Below, piece by piece: positions 56,622 to 64,000 of a DNA stretch of 64,000 nt; position 1 is the stretch's first letter, and every line of letters begins with the position of its first letter. The stretch lies in the IMG/VR virus record IMGVR_UViG_3300024346_000010. The stretch is one strand, 5' to 3'. The stretch comes from a virus. The position numbers were made by a program, and so were the translations under genes. The notes below the pieces were generated by a model that worked only from the letters and a program-made list of their open reading frames with translations, was not told the DNA's origin and made no database searches.

Positions 56622-57473
56622 ATGATCTTGATTGACTATTCAGGTATCTCTATTGCCCCTATTGCTATGGGTGCAGTAAAGTGGGATGATGAAAACCTTA
56701 TTCGCCACATGATTTTGAACAGTATTCGCTTATATCGCAAGAAGTTTAAATCATATGGCGATGTAATTATCGTGGGAGATAACGGCGGCAACTGGCGCAA
56801 AGATGTTTATCCTGAGTATAAAGGTAAACGGAATAAAACCCGTGATGAGTCTAAAATCGACTGGGACGTTGCATTTAAAAGCATTAATCTAGTCTTAGAT
56901 GAAATTCGTGATAACTTCCCATATAAAGTTATTAAACAATATGGTTGCGAAGCGGATGACACTATTGCCGAAATCGTAAAATGGACTCAAGAGTTTGGTA
57001 ACTATGAGGAAGTTATGATCGTATCTGCTGATAAAGACTTCAAGCAGCTTCATAAATATGGAAACGTGTCGCAGTATTCGACTATTACTAAAAAGCTGGT
57101 AAAGGTTGAAAACCCACAACTAGAACTTATGGAGCATATCCTTAAGGGCGATCAAGGTGACGGTGTGCCTAACGTTCTTTCTGATGATAGAGTATTTGTT
57201 GAAGAACGACGTCAAAACGTCCTATCAGCCAAGAAAAAAGCAGCTCTTATGGAAGACCCTAAATCTTTGGGTGAAGAAGTCTATCGCAATTATCTTAGAA
57301 ATAAAAAGATGATTGATTTAACAGAAGACTCGGCATGTCCTGAGTCTGTAAAACAAGAAATCATAAATAGTTTTGTAAGCCAAGATCCGTCTGGCAATAG
57401 TAAAAAAGTTATGAATTATTTAATTATGAAGCGTTGTAGGCTTCTATTGGAATGTGTGGGAGACTTTATTTAA
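56622..57473 (+). CDS. rnh: T4-type RNase H (5'-3' exonuclease)
   Basis: WRK..YPEYK..R, EADD, SADKDF.QL, GD.GDGVPN. Confidence 0.93.
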   Translation: MILIDYSGISIAPIAMGAVKWDDENLIRHMILNSIRLYRKKFKSYGDVIIVGDNGGNWRKDVYPEYKGKRNKTRDESKIDWDVAFKSINLVLDEIRDNFPYKVIKQYGCEADDTIAEIVKWTQEFGNYEEVMIVSADKDFKQLHKYGNVSQYSTITKKLVKVENPQLELMEHILKGDQGDGVPNVLSDDRVFVEERRQNVLSAKKKAALMEDPKSLGEEVYRNYLRNKKMIDLTEDSACPESVKQEIINSFVSQDPSGNSKKVMNYLIMKRCRLLLECVGDFI

Positions 57474-57886
57474 TGGCACTAATGGTATATGAAGTTTTGG
57501 AAAAATTTGCCAAAGCTGAAACACGTAATGAAAAGATTAAAATTCTACAGGATAATAATAGTCAAGCTCTGCGTGACATTATTCAAGGTTCGTTGGATCC
57601 TCGTATCGTATGGTTGTTGCCTAAGGGCGATGTTCCATATACTGCGTGTGACCCACATAACGCGCCGACGACCCTACTAAAAAAACATAAAGACTTCTTA
57701 TATTGTGCTAAAGGTGGCAAGGGCGATAATATGCCTTCCGTCAAGCGTGAAAAGATTTTCCTTGGGATTGTTGAGTCCATCCATCCTAAGGACGCAGAAT
57801 TGGTGTGCAAAATGATTAACAAAAAGCCGCCAGTAAAAGGTCTAACTGTAAAACTAGCACAGGAGGCATTCCCTGGCTTGTTATAG
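57473..57886 (+). CDS. Conserved T4-like hypothetical protein (DUF6433-like)
   Basis: LPKGDVPY, KREKIF, HPKDAE, AFPGL. Confidence 0.75.
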   Translation: MALMVYEVLEKFAKAETRNEKIKILQDNNSQALRDIIQGSLDPRIVWLLPKGDVPYTACDPHNAPTTLLKKHKDFLYCAKGGKGDNMPSVKREKIFLGIVESIHPKDAELVCKMINKKPPVKGLTVKLAQEAFPGLL

Positions 57887-57964
57887 TTTAGACGTTAATT
57901 TTAAACCTTAATCAGAAGTGTGTTCGTTTATGCGATCACACTTTTTTTATTTGGAGACAAACTT

Positions 57965-58144
57965 ATGGTTTCAGCAACAATCGACCGCTTAAAGAAAGAT
58001 TCACGAAATCTCGGATGGGCCGCGGCAAGATATAGAAAACAAGGAAGAACAGATAGAATGTATAAAGTATTAAACAAAAAAGCTTATCTAGACGACCAAA
58101 TTGCTGAAATAGAAGAAACGCTCCTAGTACTAGTATCTGCATAG
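57965..58144 (+). CDS. Small hypothetical protein
   Basis: GGAG RBS. Confidence 0.6.
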   Translation: MVSATIDRLKKDSRNLGWAAARYRKQGRTDRMYKVLNKKAYLDDQIAEIEETLLVLVSA

Positions 58145-58150
58145 TTATAC

Positions 58151-58196
58151 AATAGCCTCGGTTGCAAAAATAAATGCAATCGGGGCTATTTTTTTA
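58151..58196 (+). terminator. Rho-independent terminator
   Basis: AATAGCCTCGGTTGCA/TGCAATCGGGGCTATT followed by T run. Confidence 0.7.
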
Positions 58197-58249
58197 TGTA
58201 CAGCACCGATATTGTAGTGTAGAAATTATATAACATAAGGAGATACACA

Positions 58250-58435
58250 ATGACAAACATCACATTCACTCAAACAATCGCCAACCAAATTCCTCAAGGC
58301 CTTGACCGCTACGATCAAATCTTCGCAGCTAAGGAACTGATCCTTAAAACCGATTCTCATATCCTAGCTACATGCAGAGAGACTCTAGAAGAAATTGAAG
58401 AAATTATCTTACAAAGGGATGTATTACAAAAATAA
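58250..58435 (+). CDS. Small early protein
   Basis: AAGGAG RBS. Confidence 0.65.
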   Translation: MTNITFTQTIANQIPQGLDRYDQIFAAKELILKTDSHILATCRETLEEIEEIILQRDVLQK

Positions 58436-58499
58436 GGGTGTACAAACCCTTCAAACTCTGTATAATAAAGTTAACAACTTTAAGGTGGGACAGTATACC

Positions 58500-59057
58500 A
58501 TGAATATTTTCATACTTGACAAAAATCCAGTTAAAGCAGCACAGCTTCAGTGCGATAAACATGTGGTTAAAATGGTATTAGAGTCAGCACAAATGCTCTC
58601 TACAGTACATCGTGTGTTAGATGGTAAGCTTACTAAGATTCCCTCTAAGTCTGGTAAGACTATGGTTAAGCATTGGAAATTGGACCATCACGATGATATT
58701 ATCTATAAGGCTGTACACGTAGGCCATCCGTGCACTGTTTGGTCTATGGAATCCAATAACAACTACAATTGGCACTACGTACACTTTGTAGCTCTGCATG
58801 ACGAGTTTATGTATCGTTATGGTAAGACGCACAAATCGTTCGACGATCTTGGCGAAATCCTTAAGTCACCTCCTCGTAACATCCCAGTCGGTCCGCTTAC
58901 ACCATTTAAGCTTGCAATGGGTGCAGCACCAGAGTGCATCAATCCCCATGATCCAGTTGGTTCCTATCGTGCATTCTATCAAACCAAGCAAGATCGCTTC
59001 TCTATGGATTGGACTAAGCGGGATATTCCAGAATGGTTTGAAAAAAAGTGTGCATAG
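58500..59057 (+). CDS. Pyrimidine-dimer DNA glycosylase (DenV-like family)
   Basis: MNIF.LD......A...CDKHVVKM.LESAQML, HPCTVW, RYGKTH. Confidence 0.75.
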   Translation: MNIFILDKNPVKAAQLQCDKHVVKMVLESAQMLSTVHRVLDGKLTKIPSKSGKTMVKHWKLDHHDDIIYKAVHVGHPCTVWSMESNNNYNWHYVHFVALHDEFMYRYGKTHKSFDDLGEILKSPPRNIPVGPLTPFKLAMGAAPECINPHDPVGSYRAFYQTKQDRFSMDWTKRDIPEWFEKKCA

Positions 59058-59060
59058 GGG

Positions 59061-59089
59061 TTTACATTTAATTTGAAATAGTGTAGTAT
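59061..59089 (+). promoter_or_regulatory. Early promoter
   Basis: TTTACA-N17-TAGTAT. Confidence 0.6.
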
Positions 59090-59114
59090 AGTTATATCAA
59101 CAAGGAGATATCTT

Positions 59115-59504
59115 ATGCATACCTACTCTGAAGAACTCTTCTCGGACTTCCACAAAGACACCTACGGTTTCCGTCCTCGTGCACATGAATTCTACGATGC
59201 CACCCCCGAGCGTAAGCAGGAAATCTGGGATGCTATGGGTGTGGATTTCGACATCGAGCAAGAGCGTGAGCGTTTTCAGAAGACGGAAGACCTTGCTGCT
59301 TTCTACCGTGAGATTGAAATGCACATTGCCTTTGGCGCAAAGGATCGGGTTGATGCTCTTCGCTGGATGACTCAGGGTGAAAAGTTCTACCATCAACAGG
59401 ATGTTGAGCATTGGGTTTGGAATCAAGGGATCCTTTTCACCGATGAAGGTCGTGCTCTTGTGAAAGAGCTTATGGGAATCGTTAAATTTGAGGAGTGGAA
59501 CTAA
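59115..59504 (+). CDS. Early hypothetical protein
   Basis: AAGGAG RBS; SDFHKDTYGFRPR. Confidence 0.75.
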   Translation: MHTYSEELFSDFHKDTYGFRPRAHEFYDATPERKQEIWDAMGVDFDIEQERERFQKTEDLAAFYREIEMHIAFGAKDRVDALRWMTQGEKFYHQQDVEHWVWNQGILFTDEGRALVKELMGIVKFEEWN

Positions 59505-59710
59505 TGTGGGCAATTGAAGCACGTAACTTTGGTCCTGATGCAGACTATTTCTATCTTTCTGGTTTGGCCGAAGCAGAGTCTAAGAAAATGCACAAAAACT
59601 TTGCTAACTCTGGTGAATGGGCTATGGTTCGTTCATGGGATAAACGAGCAGAGTGGGAGCAGGAAAAAGCCAACGAACGTATTCGCAACTGGAAGAAAAA
59701 TGTTTCTTGA
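59504..59710 (+). CDS. Hypothetical protein
   Basis: GAGGAG RBS, coupled start. Confidence 0.6.
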   Translation: MWAIEARNFGPDADYFYLSGLAEAESKKMHKNFANSGEWAMVRSWDKRAEWEQEKANERIRNWKKNVS

Positions 59711-60227
59711 CTTTTGTGGATACAAACTCTCTAAGCTACAAGAGGATATGATCCAAAGCGCTGCTAGTCACGCTCTGAATTTACTTGTATCGAAGCGTAT
59801 GAAAAATACACTTGAGATTACCATTACAATCGAAAAGAATCTGCTACATGAGCGTAACATTTGGGGTGACATGGATGTTGATGATGATGATCGTTCTCCT
59901 AAACTCTTCGAGATCCGTCTCAACTATTCCGGTGTACGCTCGTTCAAACAACTGATAAGAACACTTGGTCATGAACTTGTTCACGTTAGCCAGTTTGCTA
60001 CTCGTCGTTTGCGCAACTTATCCGGCCCATGTAGAGTGGGATTTCTTACTGAACACTACAACACTATAGAAACAGAATATTATTCCAGACCATGGGAAAT
60101 AGAAGCACATGAACTCGAAGAAGAAATCTACAACTACATCCTCGAAAAAGACCCGAAAATCGAAGACTACATCAAATCTAAGAATTGCCGGGGATGGGCA
60201 ATCTCTGTTCGCAGCGGTAACATATGA
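59700..60227 (+). CDS. Zinc metallopeptidase-like protein
   Basis: TLGHELVHVSQ, PWEIEA. Confidence 0.75.
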   Translation: MFLDFCGYKLSKLQEDMIQSAASHALNLLVSKRMKNTLEITITIEKNLLHERNIWGDMDVDDDDRSPKLFEIRLNYSGVRSFKQLIRTLGHELVHVSQFATRRLRNLSGPCRVGFLTEHYNTIETEYYSRPWEIEAHELEEEIYNYILEKDPKIEDYIKSKNCRGWAISVRSGNI

Positions 60228-60591
60228 CATATTAGAAGAAATACAGTTTGGGAAAGAGGGTACACATTTACGATTAGTGGAGTCCCATATCGGTAAAAAA
60301 AGATATATACAATGTTGGTCCACTTTATCCAACCAATGGAACAATATGTATTTGTATAACGTGAATGAACAATGGGCGAAATGGAAACATACACATGCCA
60401 GTATACACTCTCGAAGATCTAAAAACGAAACAGAGACACGATGTAACGTGCAGCTGGGACGAACTACAGACAATGCTAAACGAACAACCAGATGTAAAGC
60501 AAGTGCTGTCAGCCCCAAAGATAGTAAGCAGCCGAATGGGAAACAACGATCTAAAAGTACCGGACGGATTCAAGGATCTGCTAAAAAATAA
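60109..60591 (+). CDS. Hypothetical protein overlapping both neighbours
   Basis: Only ORF covering the 60228-60394 gap; basic tails overprinted on the flanking genes. Confidence 0.55.
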   Translation: MNSKKKSTTTSSKKTRKSKTTSNLRIAGDGQSLFAAVTYDILEEIQFGKEGTHLRLVESHIGKKRYIQCWSTLSNQWNNMYLYNVNEQWAKWKHTHASIHSRRSKNETETRCNVQLGRTTDNAKRTTRCKASAVSPKDSKQPNGKQRSKSTGRIQGSAKK

Positions 60592-60634
60592 AGTTAAAAA
60601 AGGCTCAGGAAAGGGCAACACCATTAATGTCTAG
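60395..60634 (+). CDS. FmdB-like small protein
   Basis: MPVYT, SAPKIV, KVPDGFKD. Confidence 0.65.
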   Translation: MPVYTLEDLKTKQRHDVTCSWDELQTMLNEQPDVKQVLSAPKIVSSRMGNNDLKVPDGFKDLLKNKVKKGSGKGNTINV

Positions 60635-61316
60635 ATCATATTCTTCTAATGCTATTCGCATAGAGCATCTTCCATCATTTAACCCTTTAACTGAAAATCA
60701 GAAAAAAGCATATGATGATTGGAAAGATAATAAAAGCCATCTAGTACTTTCTGGTTCTGCCGGTACTGGTAAAACATACATGGGCATTCGCTTTGCTATG
60801 GAAGCCGTTCTCGATAAAGAAAGCCCATATGAGCAACTTGTAATCGTACGCTCAATTGTGCCATCACGTAATATCGGTTTCTTGCCTGGAATGGAAGAAA
60901 AACTTGATCCATACAAGAAGCCATACCAACAACTCCTGACTGAGATTTTTAATAACAAAGAAGCGTGGTCTAAGCTTGAAGCAACTGGTCGTGTTGTATT
61001 TGAACCTACATCATTCTTACGTGGTACATCATATCATAATGCAATTATCCTTGTTGATGAGATGCAGAACCTAAACTTCCATGAACTTGACACTGTAGCC
61101 ACTCGTGTGGGTTATAATTGCCGTATGATTATGTCTGGGGATTACTATCAGTCAGACTTTGATAAAGAAGATGAGAAGAATGGTATTCTTACATTTATGC
61201 GTATTGTAGAAGACATGGCTAAATTTGAGATTACCGAATTTACATGGAAAGATATTGTCCGTTCAGACTTTGTTCGTGATTATATTATGACAAAGGAAAT
61301 GTTAGGTATTAAATGA
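60627..61316 (+). CDS. phoH: PhoH-like ATPase
   Basis: GSAGTGKT, IGFLPG, SFLRG, DEMQN, GD..QSD, DIVRS. Confidence 0.92.
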   Translation: MSRSYSSNAIRIEHLPSFNPLTENQKKAYDDWKDNKSHLVLSGSAGTGKTYMGIRFAMEAVLDKESPYEQLVIVRSIVPSRNIGFLPGMEEKLDPYKKPYQQLLTEIFNNKEAWSKLEATGRVVFEPTSFLRGTSYHNAIILVDEMQNLNFHELDTVATRVGYNCRMIMSGDYYQSDFDKEDEKNGILTFMRIVEDMAKFEITEFTWKDIVRSDFVRDYIMTKEMLGIK

Positions 61317-61957
61317 GCCAGTTTGATCCAACTCGTCCTGGTTACTTGACCACTATTGATAAAGGTGTTGCTGACAAAATTTATCAATACTATTTGTCTA
61401 AAAAAGATGATGAAGAATTTGTCCATCAGTGTGCTTCTCATAGTCTAATAGATACGGCAATAAATCCTAAGTGGCAATCCGACTTATCTAATGAAATGGA
61501 ATATCTTAAAAATTATACGTATCCATTCGGCGGAGATGTGTATTGCCATTGGTTAAAGGTATATAATGAAAATCAACATCATCTAGGAGGTTTTCTAGGA
61601 TTGCATCAAGATTATGGCGAATTTCCCGAGTTAAAAAATCAGGGAAAAATGATGATAACAAATTCCATATTATTACATCAAAGTGATGATTTAGAAGGTG
61701 GTGAGCTGATCTTTGCTGGTGATTCATTTGATAACACTAAAGACAAAATTAAAGCGCCAGATAGACCTTATAATACTCAACACATAATGCACCGAATGGA
61801 AATTGATAAACAAAAAAATGTTGGAGACGTTATGTGGTGGCATGGTTATACCGTTCATGGGGTATCCAGAATAAAAAAGGGTAATAGAGTTACCTTTATG
61901 ATTATTAAAACAACCGATATCAATGATAGATATTTTAAGAAAGAAAGAAATGGCTAA
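61313..61957 (+). CDS. 2OG-Fe(II) oxygenase (P4H-like)
   Basis: HQD, EGGEL, HGVSRIKKGNR. Confidence 0.75.
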   Translation: MSQFDPTRPGYLTTIDKGVADKIYQYYLSKKDDEEFVHQCASHSLIDTAINPKWQSDLSNEMEYLKNYTYPFGGDVYCHWLKVYNENQHHLGGFLGLHQDYGEFPELKNQGKMMITNSILLHQSDDLEGGELIFAGDSFDNTKDKIKAPDRPYNTQHIMHRMEIDKQKNVGDVMWWHGYTVHGVSRIKKGNRVTFMIIKTTDINDRYFKKERNG

Positions 61958-62123
61958 GTATACGCGTTTTGACCCTCGTAATAGAAAATATGGTCGTAAC
62001 AAAGATCGATCTTTGAAAAAAGATTTTAGGATTCGCGAAGCTGAAGATAATAAAGCTAACAAATATTACGGTAAGAAAATAGAATGGGTGAATGTTGATG
62101 AGACCGAAGATCAGAGTACTTAG
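61950..62123 (+). CDS. Small basic protein
   Basis: MAKYTRFDPRNRK. Confidence 0.55.
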   Translation: MAKYTRFDPRNRKYGRNKDRSLKKDFRIREAEDNKANKYYGKKIEWVNVDETEDQST

Positions 62124-62379
62124 ATATATCCGAAGAGTCTTGATTGCTACATCAATTTTAGTTAATGTTGTTTTAGGAGGTCATTCTAACCAAACGTTCT
62201 CGGCACGTAACCACGACCGGAAGAAAAATAACAAATATAATTTAGTGTGGTTAATTGATTTCTTGATATTCTGGGACGCCGATCATTGCATGATGAGTTG
62301 GCTATACTGGAAAACTCGAAAAGATATCCGAAAAGGCGGGGCAAGGTATTTACAAAACAAAGCTAACGTGATAAAATAA
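62098..62379 (+). CDS. Hypothetical protein
   Basis: N..LGG...QTFSAR...ID.LIFW..DHC. Confidence 0.6.
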   Translation: MRPKIRVLRYIRRVLIATSILVNVVLGGHSNQTFSARNHDRKKNNKYNLVWLIDFLIFWDADHCMMSWLYWKTRKDIRKGGARYLQNKANVIK

Positions 62380-62402
62380 CTTCATAATTGATAGGATATA
62401 AT

Positions 62403-62978
62403 ATGCGAATTTTGACTGATGTAGATGGCGTGCTCTTGAACTGGGAATACGCCTTTAATGTATGGATGAAAAGCCACGGCTATGAAGAAGATCTTTCTTT
62501 GGTCTCCAGTGAATATGATATGGGCATTCGCTATGGAATTTCATCCAAAAAGAAACGTAAGCTAATTAAAATGTTTAACGAGTCTGCTGCAATTGGTTTT
62601 CTTCCTCCATTGCGCGATGCTATTCATTATGTTCGTAAGCTACACGAAGAACATGGCTATGTGTTTCACGTGATCACTTCCCTTTCACTTGATCGTAATG
62701 CACAAATGCTTCGTGAGCAAAATCTAAAGAAATTGTTTGGGGAAACCGTATTTGAAAAGTTTGTTTATTGTGATACAGGAGCGGATAAAGATGAAGCTCT
62801 TGTGCCATATATTAACTCATTCGATGTTTGGATCGAAGACAAAATTGAGAATGCCGAACTCGGGCTTGATTATAATTTAGATTCTATCCTTATTGAACAT
62901 GGGCATAATATGCACTATGATGGTGTTCCACTCATGAGGAACTGGAAAGAAGTTTATGAATATGTCACAGGAGAATAA
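62403..62978 (+). CDS. HAD-family 5'(3')-deoxyribonucleotidase-like
   Basis: TDVDGVL, ITS, WIEDK, N..W.EVY; promoter TTTACA-N17-TAAAAT at 62349. Confidence 0.8.
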   Translation: MRILTDVDGVLLNWEYAFNVWMKSHGYEEDLSLVSSEYDMGIRYGISSKKKRKLIKMFNESAAIGFLPPLRDAIHYVRKLHEEHGYVFHVITSLSLDRNAQMLREQNLKKLFGETVFEKFVYCDTGADKDEALVPYINSFDVWIEDKIENAELGLDYNLDSILIEHGHNMHYDGVPLMRNWKEVYEYVTGE

Positions 62979-62980
62979 CT

Positions 62981-63175
62981 ATGAGTGTATTTGAAATTCT
63001 AAATCTTCGTAGTCAATGGGAAGAATTGGCACGGAATCTAAATACTGATATAGATAGTTCTATCTCGGGCCTTAAAACATTTGTTGAGCATAGCTATAAG
63101 AGTAACCGATTTAAAGAAGGTTGGGCTGAAGCTATGGAAATTGCTGAAACTATTATAAAGGAATGCGCGAAGTGA
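62981..63175 (+). CDS. Hypothetical protein
   Basis: AGGAG RBS. Confidence 0.6.
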   Translation: MSVFEILNLRSQWEELARNLNTDIDSSISGLKTFVEHSYKSNRFKEGWAEAMEIAETIIKECAK

Positions 63176-63819
63176 AGCCATTTAAATATGAATACGAAAA
63201 TAGACTATATGAAGTAAATTATGATCACTCTGCTGAGAAGCAAAGGTTGAACGATTTCTTTGATGAGAGAATTGATAATGATTATTACTCAGACGTCAAT
63301 GGTGGAACTGTTGAGCTTAGAACATATCATGTCGATTATGGTATCCCTAAGCAATACCAAGATTGGATGTTTTTAGCAAATTATACTTCTGACCTATTGA
63401 AATCTATGGGGTCTAAAGTGGACATAATGGAATTTAAACATACACTTAAATTTGATTTTATTAGAATGCCTGCGCATGATATCCTTCCTCCGCATACAGC
63501 ATCATTTGTTAGAGCATGTTGCTCTATTAATGTGCCAATGAGGGGTCGCTGTAAAATTGATATTTACGAAGATAATAAAGAAAACCCCCATACATATGGA
63601 GATAAGCTGGATCGCCATGAGTATACAAGTCCAATCCTATTAAACGTAAATCAATTTCATGGTGTTCATAACGATGAACCTGAGGAACGTATGGTTCTTA
63701 AAATTCATATGATGACTTTGCCTTACGACCGCATGGTAAAAAGCTTTTATGAACCAGTCAAATGCTTTGATTGGGAAGTTCCTTGGAGCTATAATCGCGG
63801 AACAAAACAAAGAATTTAA
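63163..63819 (+). CDS. Cupin/2OG-oxygenase-like protein
   Basis: PPHTA, SINVP, LLNVNQFHGV, ERMVLKI. Confidence 0.55.
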   Translation: MREVKPFKYEYENRLYEVNYDHSAEKQRLNDFFDERIDNDYYSDVNGGTVELRTYHVDYGIPKQYQDWMFLANYTSDLLKSMGSKVDIMEFKHTLKFDFIRMPAHDILPPHTASFVRACCSINVPMRGRCKIDIYEDNKENPHTYGDKLDRHEYTSPILLNVNQFHGVHNDEPEERMVLKIHMMTLPYDRMVKSFYEPVKCFDWEVPWSYNRGTKQRI

Positions 63820-63820
63820 T

Positions 63821-64000
63821 ATGAAAAGGTTAATTTATCAAGTATATCTTGGAAAGAAATCTAAACTATACGATCACTGTGTTGAAAGTGTAGCAAAGTA
63901 CGCAAAAAGAATCGGCGCTGAACATGTTGTTCAGCGCACGCCGCTTCTTATGATCGCTCCGGATCCATTTACATCAAACCGTAGTAAAGAGTCATATCAA
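63821..64000 (+). CDS. Partial ORF, possibly glycosyltransferase-like
   Basis: MKRLIYQVYLG...CVESVAKYAKRIGAEH; runs off the window. Confidence 0.45.
   Translation, partial: MKRLIYQVYLGKKSKLYDHCVESVAKYAKRIGAEHVVQRTPLLMIAPDPFTSNRSKESYQ

Noticed and set aside
1-64000. Numerous minus-strand ORFs in the six-frame track
   Set aside because: All are antisense shadows of well-supported + strand genes, with no RBS or family motifs; promoters and terminators all point in the + direction

Overview
64 kb from a T4-like (Tevenvirinae/Kyanoviridae-style) myophage, with essentially all genes on the + strand. The host is probably a marine alphaproteobacterium, inferred from a permuted two-piece tmRNA, a DUF1127 gene and a ROSE-like element upstream of hsp20. 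The window holds the replication core (gp46, 45, 44, 62, regA, 43, uvsX, 41, rnh), nucleotide metabolism (gp42-type dCMP hydroxymethylase, dCMP deaminase, thyX, nrdB/A, dNMP kinase), many AT-rich tailoring enzymes inserted between core genes, spanins, phoH and early-gene cassettes driven by TTTACA-N16/17-TATAAT promoters. Best candidates for undescribed biology: (1) an hmC hypermodification locus with no recognisable T4-type glucosyltransferase (cytidylyltransferase, gp42, SGNH-like protein, aGPT-Pplase-like protein); (2) a late operon of secreted proteins resembling a minimal fimbrial/pilus system; (3) a block of proteins with T4 internal-protein-like capsid-targeting N-termini and repeated LxE cleavage-like motifs, including a KxDG ligase-like enzyme, an HxGH nucleotidyltransferase and a P-loop kinase; (4) a two-piece tmRNA whose intervening sequence carries an ORF; (5) several +1 overprinted ORFs whose limits match codon-composition shifts. 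All family assignments come from motif recognition by eye; no searches were run.
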